Positions 36,090 to 46,504 of a stretch of 64,000 nt of DNA are shown here, one piece after another. Position 1 is the stretch's first letter; each line of letters opens with the position of its first letter. Under the pieces are notes generated by a model. The model worked only from the letters and a program-made list of their open reading frames with translations, made no database searches and was not told the origin of the DNA. Position numbers and translations under genes: made by a program. This DNA is from Desulfobacterales bacterium (GTDB lineage Bacteria > Desulfobacterota > Desulfobacteria > Desulfobacterales > UBA2174), in contig CAXXWC010000018.1 in NCBI GenBank assembly GCA_963668645.2, forward strand, positions 192,001 through 256,000, written 5' to 3'.

Positions 36090-36602
36090 ATGAAAATGGC
36101 GAAACATAGACAAATGGCAAAGGCCTTGGTTCTATCATTGGGCATGCTGATTATGTCAGGCCTGGCCTCATCCTACGGATGGGCGGAAACGCAGTACGTG
36201 GAATTGAAACCTCTGCAGGACGTTGGCGGTGTTCAAGATTTTGCGGTGGTCTATCATATCGATGGCGCCACGGCACTGACCACCGGTTTGGGGATCAGGA
36301 TCCACTACAACTCTAAAGCCGTTTCAAAAGTGATTTTTTCGGGTGTTTTTGAAAAGGGGCTTGTGGTCAAGGACGCAAAACCCAAACCGGATAACGCGGA
36401 CTATGACAACAACCCTGAAACGGACCGATTCGTTGTGCTGGCATGGATGGATTTAGACGGTCGATGGCCTTATGAGGCCCAACTTCCGTTGACGCTTGCA
36501 ACGCTTTCCATAACCTCAAACAAAAACGGAGGAACACTGCGACTGGCGGTCAGCGCCTCCAGCGTGCCTCCGGGGCTGTCCTTCAAAGGAGGGCGATTAT
36601 AG
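36090..36602 (+). CDS. Small secreted protein Q: single GLRIHY module
   Basis: Signal peptide; TTGLGIRIHYNS..DYDNNPETDRFVVLAWMDLDGRWP..LPLTL. Confidence 0.8.
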   Translation: MKMAKHRQMAKALVLSLGMLIMSGLASSYGWAETQYVELKPLQDVGGVQDFAVVYHIDGATALTTGLGIRIHYNSKAVSKVIFSGVFEKGLVVKDAKPKPDNADYDNNPETDRFVVLAWMDLDGRWPYEAQLPLTLATLSITSNKNGGTLRLAVSASSVPPGLSFKGGRL

Positions 36603-36685
36603 TCTGGTACAACCATCTGAACAACCACAACACTTTGTTTTAATAAAATTAGACGTTAATCCCACAAAGGACGAGGTGGCTGAAA

Positions 36686-39600
36686 ATGACTTCTAGAAAA
36701 TTAAAAACGTTTTTATCGACAGGCCTCCTGATTTCAATGCTGTTTTTCCTCCCGTCGATGGCGGCCGCGGCTCAGCAGACTGTTACTCTGACCCCGGTCA
36801 GTTCGGCCCAACTGCTCGGTGGGGAAGATTTTTCGCTTACAGCGACCTACGACGCCGATAGTGCAGAAAAGACAGGTATCGGCCTTCGAATCCATTACAA
36901 TTCTTCGGTATTGACTTGGAATGGCTTCAGCGATGTGTTGGCGCTCAACCGTACCGCTCTGGGCACGTCTGCCCAGACGGACTCCACGGATAAGGACGGT
37001 GATTCGTCCACTGACAAGTTCGTGATCGTCAGTTGGGCGGACACGGGTTCCACCTGGCCGGGAAGTGTCCCGCTTACCCTGTTCAAGATCAATTTTTCTC
37101 CCACGGGAAAGGGTACTTCACCCGTCAACGTCACTTTTACAAGTACCTACCAATTCCAACCGGCGGAGGCTGTCAATGCGTCGGTAACCGTATCCAGTGT
37201 TCCGTCACAGATTCAGATTACTTCAAGTGCGTTGAGCCAAACTGCCGGCACAAAAGGCGACATGGCCATCGTGCTCAAGGATGCGGAAGATGATACGGCC
37301 GCAGCCACCACTGACGTGGTCATTGATCTAACCAGCGACAGTGCCAAAGGGACCTTCTACAACGCTGCCGGCGACACCGTCATCACTTCAGTGACTATTC
37401 CCACCGGCAGCACTTCGGCCGAGTTCAAGTACGCCGATGAAACCGTCGGCACGCCCACTGTTGCCGTGAGCGCCACCGGATTTACCGGGGCCACCCAGCA
37501 GCAGACCATCAACGCCGGGCCCTTGGCCGTTTTGACGGTGGCACCGGACACGGTCGCCCTGACTGCGGATCAGACCCAGCTTTTCACCGTCACCGGGGCC
37601 GACGCCTACGGCAATGAGGTGACCGAGATCGGCACCATCACCTGGAGCGGCGGGGCCGGGATCGGCACCATCGATTCGGCCACCGGCGAATTTGAGGCGA
37701 ACTTCGTCGGCGACGGTACGGTGACGGCCACCAGCAGCATCGACAACATCAGCGACAGCTCCGGGACGATCACGGTTTCAGCGGGGGTGCTGGCCGTGCT
37801 CACCGTCAGCCCGGATACGGCCAATCTGACCACGGACGACACCCAGCAGTTCACCGTCGCCGGGGCGGATGCCAACGGCAACGAAGTCACTGACCTGGGC
37901 ACCATCACCTGGAGCGGCGGGGCCGGGATCGGCACCATCGATGGGGCCAGCGGCCTGTTCGACGCCACCACGGTGGGTACCGGCACGGTGACGGCCACCA
38001 GCAGCATCAACGGCATCAGTGACACGACGGGAGATGTCGTGGTGGCCGTGGGAGCCCTGGCCACATTGACCGTCAGTCCGGACACGGCCGATCTGACTGC
38101 GGACGATACCCAGCAGTTCACCCTTGCCGGCGCGGATGCCGACGGCAACCCCATCACCGCCCTTACCCCGGCGACCTGGTCGGTGGCCGGTACGATCGGC
38201 AGCATCGACGCTTCCGGCCTGTTTGACGCCACCACCGTCGGCACAGGCATCGTGACGGCCACCATCGGGGCGGTTTCCGACGATTCAGGTAGCATCAACG
38301 TGAGCCCCGGTGCTCCGGCCGAAATCGTGCTGGTCTGCGACAAGACCAAGGTCGCCAGTGCCGGCAAAGGCACCGCCGTGCTGACCGCGACTTTCAAGGA
38401 TGGAGACGGCAACACGGTAACCGGTGACAGCGGTACGGCTGTCACCTTCACGGCCTCGGGCGACGGCGCCGTCCATCTCTACCCGAATCCGGGCACCGGC
38501 GATACTTCAAGCGGCGTGGCCACCTTAACCCTGAATACCACCGGAACGGTGGCTTCGGGCAGTGCGGCAGCCAGTATCGTGGCCACTGCCGGCGGCATGA
38601 CTTCCAATGATGTCTCCCTGACCGTGGTCAATTTCTCCATCGATGTGGCCGGCAACCAGACCGATTTGATCCGCAAACCATTTGCGCCCAACTCGGTAGG
38701 GCTCACCGGCCAGGGCGGTACTTCCGGCCAGTACCGATGGACCATTACCGGCGTGGGGAGCTTTTCGGCCACCGAAACCGTGACCTCCGTAGTGGCCGAC
38801 AGCGTAACCTTCTACGCGCCTGAAACCTTGACCGGGGCCTCCCAGGCAGCAACGATCCGGCTGGAGGACACCCTTGATTCCAATCTCAACGACCAGGTTG
38901 TGTTGACGGTCCACAACCCCACCAAGCTGGCCTTCACCAATGCCGCCCTGAATCTGGCGGCCGGAGAGACCGGCACCATGACCGTCGAGGTGCAGGCCGA
39001 TGACGGCACCCCGGTGACCATCGGCGCCTTTACCGTGGCCCTTACCACCGACAGCACTGGCAAATTTTACTCCACCAACCCGGGCACCGAGATCACCAGC
39101 GTGACCATTGCCGACGGGGCCAGCAGCGCCAGCTTCAACTACAAGGACGAAAAGGCCGGTACCCCGAAGGTGACGGTTACGACTGAAGGCCTAAGCTCTG
39201 ATGAACAAATACAGACCGTCGTTGCGGCTGCGGCCAATAAGATGACCCTGGAAGCCTCCAAGACCGTTCTGGCCAGCGACGGCAAGGGGTCGGCAGGATT
39301 GACGGCCAAGATTTTCGACGCCTTCGACAACCTGGTGACCGCTGACAGCGCAACCCAGGTCACCTTTACCGTAACCCCCGACACCTATCTGACACTGACC
39401 GGTTCGCCGGCCACCGCCGCTGAAGGGGTGGCCCAGGCGACGGTGACGACCAAGGCCGGTGAGGTGCCGTCCCCGCCGGCTGCCGCGCAGGTGAGCATCA
39501 GTGCCGACGGCCTGACTGCTCCGGCGTCGCTCACCCTGACCATCGTCAACTTCGACATCCAGGTGACCGGAGAGACCACGCTGCTCGTCAGCGGCAACAC

Positions 39601-41539
39601 CCCGGACAGCGTGGTGCTCACCGGAACGGGCGGCACCGCGGGCAATTATCGCTGGAGCGTGTCCGGCGTGGGGAGCCTGTCGGCGACCAATACCGACAGC
39701 GTAACCTTCTCCGCGCCGGAAACCATCGAAGGATCCAGCCAGACGGCCACGGTGACCCTCACCGATGCCACCGATTCCAGCCTTGTCGCTACGGTGACGA
39801 TCACCGTTTACAACAAGGTTGCCATCACCGACAAACCCACCACCCCGCCGGTGATTGAAGCCGGCGAGCAGTCGGCCACCTTCAGCGTGGGCGGAGGCGA
39901 TGACACCCTCTACACTTGGACCCTGACCGACAGCAGCGGTGGCGTCGTCGACACCAAAACCGGCGCCAGCTACTCCTTCGTGGCCCCCTCGACAGGGGCT
40001 TTTGCCGGCGTTTATACCGTATCGGTGGCCGACAACACCGGCTTTACGGACAGCTTCGAGGTCAAGGTGCCCTTCAAGCTGGATCCGGCCATCAAGGCCT
40101 TTACCGAAACCAAGCTCGATGGGACTCCCAACCCGCAGGCTTTCACCGTTTTGGGGGCCGACAGCGATTACACCTGGGAGATCCTGCATTCGGAGACCGC
40201 CACTTCTGAAGTGGCCAGCCCCGGTGACTATGGCACCTGGGACAAAGCCAGCCCGGTGACCGGGGATGCGACCAATTCTCTGAATCCGGCGAATGTGGAT
40301 GCGGTCAAGCGGTTCTTCATCCGCGTCACGGTGCAAAACGATGACGACCTCACCGAGGACAATGGGCTGAATCAGCGGATCTTCGGTCCCTTTACCCTGA
40401 TTCCTGTGGCTGACTTTGCACTGACGGTGGCCGACGAGGCCGGTACCGTAATCGCTGGTGCCGAGGTGAGTGTCGATTACACCGATCCGTCCACCGGCAC
40501 CAAAGTGGCGGCCAAAGTCACCGATGCCGAAGGCATGGCCGTTTTTGTCCTGCCGGACGCCGGTGGTACATACACTTATATGGGCAAAGCGGACGGCTAT
40601 GTTTCCGGCACGGTTGCTTCCAAGGCAAAAGCGGCAAGCCTTGCGCTCAAAGCGGCCGGTACGGATCAGATCGCCGGTACGGTGACCGATGGTACCGCAG
40701 GGCTGGAGAATGCCACCATCACGGCTTACCAACCTGCCGATCTTTCCAAAACCTACTCGGCGAACAGTGCGGCGGATGGCACTTATACCATCACCCTGCC
40801 GGTGGGCGCGGCCCAGAGCGGCTGGACCGTGGTCGCCGTCCTGAACGGTTATACCAGCTCCGCAATGACGGATCAGGCCATCGGTACGGTGGACTTCACC
40901 CTGGAGGTATCCACCGATCCGGATATCATCGATCCGTTTGCCCCCGGCAGCCTGACCTTCAATCAAAACGGTCAGACCGTTGTCGTCGACGTGCCGGTGG
41001 GCGGCGCAAGCCAGAGCGCCTTTATTATCGTCAACCAGTTCTCCAAGACGGATTCCGGGGCATCGGCCACCGCGGGGTCACCGACCTATGTCTACGAGGT
41101 GCGCCTGGACAGCACCACCGGAACCCTGACCTCCGACCAGATCAACCGCGTGGAAATCACCCTGCCCATCGATCTGAGCGTGGTGAGCCCGGGGGACCTG
41201 GAAAACGGCAATTTCCTGATCTACAAGGCCGACAGCCAGACTGACTTGCTGGATCCGGACAAGCGTTCCATCATGCCGACCTCGAGTATCATCAGCACCG
41301 ATTACATCGGTGACGGCAAGATCGGTTCGGTGACCTTCTGGGTCGACAGCCTGTCTGTCTTCGGCATCGGCGAGCCCGAAGGCTCGGGGCCGGCGGCCGG
41401 TGGCGGTGGAGGAGGTGGATGCTTCATCGACACGGCTGCCAAAGGATCCCCGACGAACGGCGTTGGCGCCCTTCCGGTGGTTGGTGCCGGCTTGATGTTG
41501 CTCGGTTTGGGCATCGCGCACATCCGCCGCAAGCGGTGA
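36686..41539 (+). CDS. Anchor R, 1617 aa: N-terminal GLRIHY module, long Ig-like stalk, C-terminal Gly7-CFID plus TM sorting signal
   Basis: RBS GAGG; signal peptide; TGIGLRIHYNSS..DGDSSTDKFVIVSWADTGSTWPG; three tandem Ig repeats of about 90 aa at about 37520-38310; GGGGGGGCFID at 41399-41431, TM helix, RRKR. Confidence 0.85.
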   Translation: MTSRKLKTFLSTGLLISMLFFLPSMAAAAQQTVTLTPVSSAQLLGGEDFSLTATYDADSAEKTGIGLRIHYNSSVLTWNGFSDVLALNRTALGTSAQTDSTDKDGDSSTDKFVIVSWADTGSTWPGSVPLTLFKINFSPTGKGTSPVNVTFTSTYQFQPAEAVNASVTVSSVPSQIQITSSALSQTAGTKGDMAIVLKDAEDDTAAATTDVVIDLTSDSAKGTFYNAAGDTVITSVTIPTGSTSAEFKYADETVGTPTVAVSATGFTGATQQQTINAGPLAVLTVAPDTVALTADQTQLFTVTGADAYGNEVTEIGTITWSGGAGIGTIDSATGEFEANFVGDGTVTATSSIDNISDSSGTITVSAGVLAVLTVSPDTANLTTDDTQQFTVAGADANGNEVTDLGTITWSGGAGIGTIDGASGLFDATTVGTGTVTATSSINGISDTTGDVVVAVGALATLTVSPDTADLTADDTQQFTLAGADADGNPITALTPATWSVAGTIGSIDASGLFDATTVGTGIVTATIGAVSDDSGSINVSPGAPAEIVLVCDKTKVASAGKGTAVLTATFKDGDGNTVTGDSGTAVTFTASGDGAVHLYPNPGTGDTSSGVATLTLNTTGTVASGSAAASIVATAGGMTSNDVSLTVVNFSIDVAGNQTDLIRKPFAPNSVGLTGQGGTSGQYRWTITGVGSFSATETVTSVVADSVTFYAPETLTGASQAATIRLEDTLDSNLNDQVVLTVHNPTKLAFTNAALNLAAGETGTMTVEVQADDGTPVTIGAFTVALTTDSTGKFYSTNPGTEITSVTIADGASSASFNYKDEKAGTPKVTVTTEGLSSDEQIQTVVAAAANKMTLEASKTVLASDGKGSAGLTAKIFDAFDNLVTADSATQVTFTVTPDTYLTLTGSPATAAEGVAQATVTTKAGEVPSPPAAAQVSISADGLTAPASLTLTIVNFDIQVTGETTLLVSGNTPDSVVLTGTGGTAGNYRWSVSGVGSLSATNTDSVTFSAPETIEGSSQTATVTLTDATDSSLVATVTITVYNKVAITDKPTTPPVIEAGEQSATFSVGGGDDTLYTWTLTDSSGGVVDTKTGASYSFVAPSTGAFAGVYTVSVADNTGFTDSFEVKVPFKLDPAIKAFTETKLDGTPNPQAFTVLGADSDYTWEILHSETATSEVASPGDYGTWDKASPVTGDATNSLNPANVDAVKRFFIRVTVQNDDDLTEDNGLNQRIFGPFTLIPVADFALTVADEAGTVIAGAEVSVDYTDPSTGTKVAAKVTDAEGMAVFVLPDAGGTYTYMGKADGYVSGTVASKAKAASLALKAAGTDQIAGTVTDGTAGLENATITAYQPADLSKTYSANSAADGTYTITLPVGAAQSGWTVVAVLNGYTSSAMTDQAIGTVDFTLEVSTDPDIIDPFAPGSLTFNQNGQTVVVDVPVGGASQSAFIIVNQFSKTDSGASATAGSPTYVYEVRLDSTTGTLTSDQINRVEITLPIDLSVVSPGDLENGNFLIYKADSQTDLLDPDKRSIMPTSSIISTDYIGDGKIGSVTFWVDSLSVFGIGEPEGSGPAAGGGGGGGCFIDTAAKGSPTNGVGALPVVGAGLMLLGLGIAHIRRKR

Positions 41540-41610
41540 TCTGACGCATGCAGCCGGTACTTTTGGGATGCCGGCTGCATCGCTTGTTTTCGTATTCCAA
41601 CAATCTGAAG

Positions 41611-41640
41611 AAAAAGGAGGGGCGATCGCCCCTCCTTTTT
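41611..41640. terminator. Bidirectional intrinsic terminator
   Basis: AAAAAGGAGGGGCGATCGCCCCTCCTTTTT between convergent genes; a second hairpin lies at 41548-41580. Confidence 0.85.
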
Positions 41641-42143
41641 TATTGGATGGATTTCAATGGCAGGAATAACCTGAAACTCCCTGGACCGAAAAGGCGAAAT
41701 CCGAACTGCTCATAAAAAGCGACGACATCGTCGTTTGCGGCATCCACGACCATCGCATAGACTGCGATCTGATCTGAAACCGTTAGGGTCCGTTTGATGG
41801 CGTCGGCCAACAACATCGCCCCGATTCCCTGCCGCTGAGCGTGGAGGCTAACCGCCAGCCGTCCGATTAAAGCGGCGGGTATCGGATGACGGGGTAATTT
41901 GCGGGCCATCGATGGGGGCAACTGGCTAAGCTCGATGGCCAAAGCGCTCAATGTATAAAAACCCAAGACCGTTTTTGGATCGGTTCGGGCTGTTGCGACG
42001 AAAACGTGGCTGATGCGGCGGCGGATGTCCTGCCGGGCCTGTTTGAGTAGATACCGATCCAGCGATTCACTGCCGCACCTGAATCCGGATAGGTGATGGG
42101 CCGGATCAAGGGGCGAAATCACAAGTTCCTGCAAGGCGTTCAT
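41640..42143 (-). CDS. GNAT-family toxin (TacT/AtaT-like)
   Basis: FRCGSESLDRYL, LGFYTLS, PIPAALIGRLAV..QRQGIG..LL.DA, VDA.ND..AFYEQFGF. Confidence 0.9.
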   Translation of the reverse strand: MNALQELVISPLDPAHHLSGFRCGSESLDRYLLKQARQDIRRRISHVFVATARTDPKTVLGFYTLSALAIELSQLPPSMARKLPRHPIPAALIGRLAVSLHAQRQGIGAMLLADAIKRTLTVSDQIAVYAMVVDAANDDVVAFYEQFGFRLFGPGSFRLFLPLKSIQ

Positions 42144-42427
42144 TCTTGAACCACCCGCCGGGTATGTTCATCTATAGCTGCCGCCAGCTTTGGATTGAAG
42201 TGGACCGGTTCCGCCAGTGCTTCGAAGAAGACGCGGCTGTTTTCGGCATTCAACGCCATGATTTCGTGGGCCTGAACGGTTTGTTGGGCGCACTCCAGGG
42301 CGCTTGTCAGTATGAAATGACTCACCGATTTGCCCTCAAAGCCGGCCGCGCGTTCGATCAGATGTTTGGCGCTACGCTTGAGACGCAGATTGATCCGTTC
42401 GTTTGCATCTTGAGTACCCGGCTCCAT
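42140..42427 (-). CDS. DUF1778-family antitoxin (TacA-like)
   Basis: ERINLRL..K.LIERAA...G.SVS.FIL.SA; overlaps the toxin start by 4 nt. Confidence 0.9.
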   Translation of the reverse strand: MEPGTQDANERINLRLKRSAKHLIERAAGFEGKSVSHFILTSALECAQQTVQAHEIMALNAENSRVFFEALAEPVHFNPKLAAAIDEHTRRVVQE

Positions 42428-42696
42428 TCCATTCCCTCCTCTTGGCGGTCCTTGTTTGACCCGTGTGGAAATGTACGTCTAAACGGTGCCTTTGTCAAAC
42501 TCGGTGGCGGTCGGTTCAGGTGTCATGGCAAGTCCGAATGATACCGGTACGACGATTTTTTTGACCTCGCGCGGAGACGCAGAGACGCAGAGGAACAACA
42601 AATCTTACTCCGGCGTTATGCCGAGAAACGACCAGGGATTTGCAGTGACGAAAGAAGGCGGGACGAAGCCATAGAAAAGCAAAAAGGTGCATTCTT

Positions 42697-45437
42697 TCAA
42701 ATCAACCGCCACACATGCACCACCGGTTTGGCCCCGTCGGCGTATAGTCCCAGAACATACAGATACCCGTTGTCGCGGTCGTAGGCTGCGGCCCCGATGC
42801 GATAGCGGCGCTGGTCCCCTTCGCCGACGTTGACCACGTCCCATTGGGGCGGGTTGAGATAAAGATGCGCGTCGATGTCCAGCGCCGCGTAGGGCTGGGG
42901 CTGCCAGGGTTCCAGTTCGCCGGCTGCCACGCGGGCCAAGTCCGCCGGGTCGAAAAGGATCAACTGGGCATCGAAGCGGGTGCTCCACCACCCGCGGTAG
43001 CTGATGCAATCTTCTTCGGCTTCGTCGCAGCAGCCGGCAAAATCTTCGGCTGGGCAGGGGGTGCCGTCGGCATTGCGGCAGGTGACATAATCGGTCACAT
43101 GGTGGTCGACGCAGGGGTGCTCGGGACCGAGGGGGTTGCGATAACCGTACCAGTATTTGCTTCCCGTGGCCTTGGTGCCGGCAAAGAGCACCGCCGTCTT
43201 GCCCGACGGGGTGGTGATCCAGGCCCCGCCCTCCCATTCGTCCGCATGCTGGTACCCGTTGAGGGCGTGCTCGGGAGGATCCATGGCGGCGACATCGCCG
43301 TAAAGCAACAGGACCGACTCGGCCAAGCGGGTGCCGGGGGCCGGCGCCGCGCCGCCGGTCAGCCAGGGACGGTAGGCGAACAGGGCCGGTCCCATCCCGC
43401 CCTGCCCCCCATCGCGCATCCTGCCGGTGGCCAGGCAGCGGCCGCCTGTGTTGGCATCGGCCCAGGCCGGCGGGATGTCGAACAGGTACCCGTTGACACT
43501 GTAAAGATTCTGGTCGCCGATGAACCAGGAGCCCTGAAAATCGGGGTGGCCAGGTCTGCGCTGATCCAGGCGTGGGAAGGGGTTTGCGGGGGCTGCAGGT
43601 GCTGGCCCCAGCAGACATGGAGTTTGGCGCCGGTCTCAACGGTGTTGAGATACTGCATGCCGACCTTGGGGATCTCGTCCATGTCGGTGAACCGTCCCTG
43701 GAGCGCGTCGTGAAAATCCTGGATAAAAGACGCTACTGGAAGGCTTTGCGGGCTGGCCGCAGTTGCCGGTATGGGGATGGAAATTTCGGCGATCTGATTG
43801 CCGTCCGGCATCTCCCCGTAGGGCAGCCGGTCGTGGCCCGTTACGAACAGGGAACCCGGCGGACCTTCGGTGCCGGCCGGATCCCCGTCCGGGTTGTAGG
43901 TCATGGCATTGCCGCCGTATTCGAAGGTCAGGGGGCGATCGCCGGCGTCCGGCAGGCGAAAGGCGCCGAGGTATTGAAAGTCGGACGGCTGGAGCAAAGC
44001 CGTCGGCTGGCGTAGCGCGGCAGTTTGCTGCATGGCGTATATGGCTTCCGGCAGTCCGATTTTCCCATCCCCGTCGATTTCCGCAGCCCCGACCGCCTGC
44101 GGCTGTTTCACGGCGGCGCATATTTTCAGCGCCAGGATGGCGTCCGCCAGGTCGACCTGGCCGTCGAGGCTGCCGTCGACATTGCCCGGGACCACGGCAG
44201 CAGATGATGCGCTGCGAAAGGTCATGTCCTCGCCCAGTGTCGTTCCCGCGCTGTTGGTGGCAACGATGCGGTAATGATACGGATTGTCGGCGTTCAGCCC
44301 CGTGATGGCGGCATTCACCGCCAGATCGGTGCTGCCCGAACCCGCGCCGGACGCTGCGCTCTGGCTGCCGTAGGCGTCGGTTGGGCCGTATGAGAAGTAA
44401 AAAGTGGTCTCGGCGCCACGGGGATTGACCACGCCGTTCAGGACGGCGCTGTCAGACGTTACGGCACTGGCGGCGCCGGTGGTCGCGGTGGGCTTGGACA
44501 CCGCTGCGGTGCCGTTCGTAAAGGTGTTGTAGTAGAAGTTCAAAAGCGGGATGAACTCTGCGGTCGCTTTCTGGTGGCCGGCCGTGCTAGGGTGGCTGTC
44601 CCAGGCGTCGTTCGGATAATAGGCGAAATCCTCCGACTCGGGGCTGGTGACATGTTCCACCGTCCCGCCCACCACGCGGTGGTGGTTGTCCGGGTGGGTC
44701 AGTACGTTGAAATAGTCGAATACGGCGATGTTGGGGTGCGGATAGCCTGCCAGCCATTCGTGAACCAGCCAGTTGTTGAAGGCCCGGGCATTGGCGGCTC
44801 TATGAGCGGGTATCTGATAATCGGCGCTATAGTCGTTTTCGAGCTGGGGCGGCGCCGTGACGGCGACGAAAAGTTTTTCCGGGTGGGCGGTAAAGTAGAT
44901 CAGCAGGTCGTTGTAGACCGCCTTGGCATTGGCCACGGTGAACTGGTCGCCGGGCTGGGCGGCCGGCGGATCGTCGGGTTCGCCGAACAGATCGGAGTTG
45001 GGAAAGCAGGATTTGAAAAGGACGACGGTGTTCTCGCCTCCCGGATCGGCAGCCAGACGGGGCCAGGCGCCGAAGTCGCCCGTGTTCTGTCCGGTTTCAC
45101 CGTAAAGGGCCGCTAAGACGGCAGCGCTGTTCTGGCCGGTGAACCATTCCGGCCAGTTGGGGATGTCGGTGCGGTCACCGATTCCGTTCGGTCCCCAGCC
45201 GTAATTGGTGGCGCTGACATAATAGTTATTGGCCATCAGGGCCGCTCCCAGATCGCCGTAAGGCTGGTCTTCATTGGGTGCCGCCAGCCAGTTGCCACCG
45301 GTGGAGTGGTGGATGAAGACCAGTTTGACTGGCGAGGTCGCAGGGGTGGTGCCGGCGCTCAAAGAGGGCGATGGGGTTAGAAGGAGCACCGGCAGCAGGG
45401 CTAAAATCAGCGACACCTTGGCGCGCAGACGGTCCAT
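42697..45437 (-). pseudogene. Secreted multidomain protein (SGNH-like domain, FN3, internal host-type dockerin, C-terminal beta domain) split by a frameshift
   Basis: ORFs 43359-45437 and 42697-43419 join if one base is added to the G4 run at 43543-43546, giving ATPDFQGSWFIGDQNLYSVNGYLFDIP..GRMRDGG; dockerin GNVDG..VDLADAILALK..IDGDGKIGLPEAIYAMQ. Could be a sequencing error. Confidence 0.75.
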
Positions 45438-45779
45438 CGGCGGTCCCCTTTCTGTTATGGAATCGGCGGCTTCTTAATTTTTTTCTTTTCGGATTTAAAT
45501 TTTGTATCGACCTCTGACCCGAGTGTCAACAGCCGGCAAGGCCCGTTGTGACCGTTGCATATTGCACCATCGGTTTGAATATGCATGCTTGTAAAGGGTT
45601 GATACACGGCCCCGTCAACGTTTTGTGATGGCTTTATCAAGATGGATTCCTTTCTGTTTGGGGGGGGCACCTGTGTGCCTAACTGCAGATCCCTCGTCGT
45701 TTCTCGGGATGACACGGAAGGGGATGGGCCTGCTCGGGATGACGCGGGATGGGTCCTGAGCATTAATAGCGAATCGGTA

Positions 45780-46067
45780 TTACAGCACCCGGGGCCATTT
45801 CCTGGCCCCGTGCAGTACGCGCAGGATATGAACCTCTTTGTCTATGCATCGGTACGGTACGATAAACGGGGTGTCGGCGACGACCAGTTCGCGGGTCCCG
45901 GGAATACGACCGGGACGGCCCATGGCGGGCTGCTCTGCCAGGCATTGGACGGCCTGCCAGATTTTGGCGGCTATTGAAATGGCGCTTTCCGGCCGATCCC
46001 TGGCGATGAAGGCCATCAGCTCGTCCAGATCGGCCAGGGCCAGGTGGAGCCACCTAATCTTGTTCAC
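45780..46067 (-). CDS. RelE/ParE-family toxin
   Basis: IRWLHLALADL..FIARD.P..A...P.MGRPGRIPGTRELVV..TPFIVPYR...ILRVLHGARKWP; GTG start overlaps the antitoxin. Confidence 0.9.
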   Translation of the reverse strand: MNKIRWLHLALADLDELMAFIARDRPESAISIAAKIWQAVQCLAEQPAMGRPGRIPGTRELVVADTPFIVPYRCIDKEVHILRVLHGARKWPRVL

Positions 46068-46305
46068 CGGAAACGCCCCATTTGGTAAAAACGGATATGA
46101 CTTGAGCATCCGAAGCGAAACGGCCGGCATCGGCCTCCTGGATGCCCTGTTCGATGGCCTCGATCTGCCAGGTATGCGCATCCACAAAGGCACGGATGGC
46201 TTCGGCCACAAGGAAGGATTTCGACCGGACAGTGGCTTTGGCCAGTTGCCCGAGTTTGGCATTGGTTTCCGCATCGAGGCGGGCGGTTACCGTGGTGGTG
46301 TGCAT
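46054..46305 (-). CDS. CopG/RHH-family antitoxin
   Basis: TVTARLD....KL..LA.AT.RSKSFL..EAI..F...WQ..AI..GI.EADAG; near-palindrome AATTTGTGTACAAATT upstream at 46337-46352. Confidence 0.85.
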   Translation of the reverse strand: MHTTTVTARLDAETNAKLGQLAKATVRSKSFLVAEAIRAFVDAHTWQIEAIEQGIQEADAGRFASDAQVISVFTKWGVSGEQD

Positions 46306-46504
46306 GGTGAACTCCAGGGGATGTTTGGATGTGAAGAATTTGTGTACAAATTATTAACACGTGTTTGCTGCCCAGGCAAGGAGCGCAATACGTGATCATT
46401 ATTTGTGGCAGCCAGCCATGGACGTAATTTATTCAATTTTTCTATGGACAACGGCGGATATCTCCTCGTTGACGCTCGCCGCAATGACAGAAAGGAAGAT
46501 ATAG

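Noticed and set aside
2635..45437. Classical polysaccharide-degrading cellulosome
   Set aside because: No glycoside hydrolase or CBM3 motifs recognised and no tandem-cohesin scaffoldin; lyase activity of the beta-helices cannot be fully excluded.
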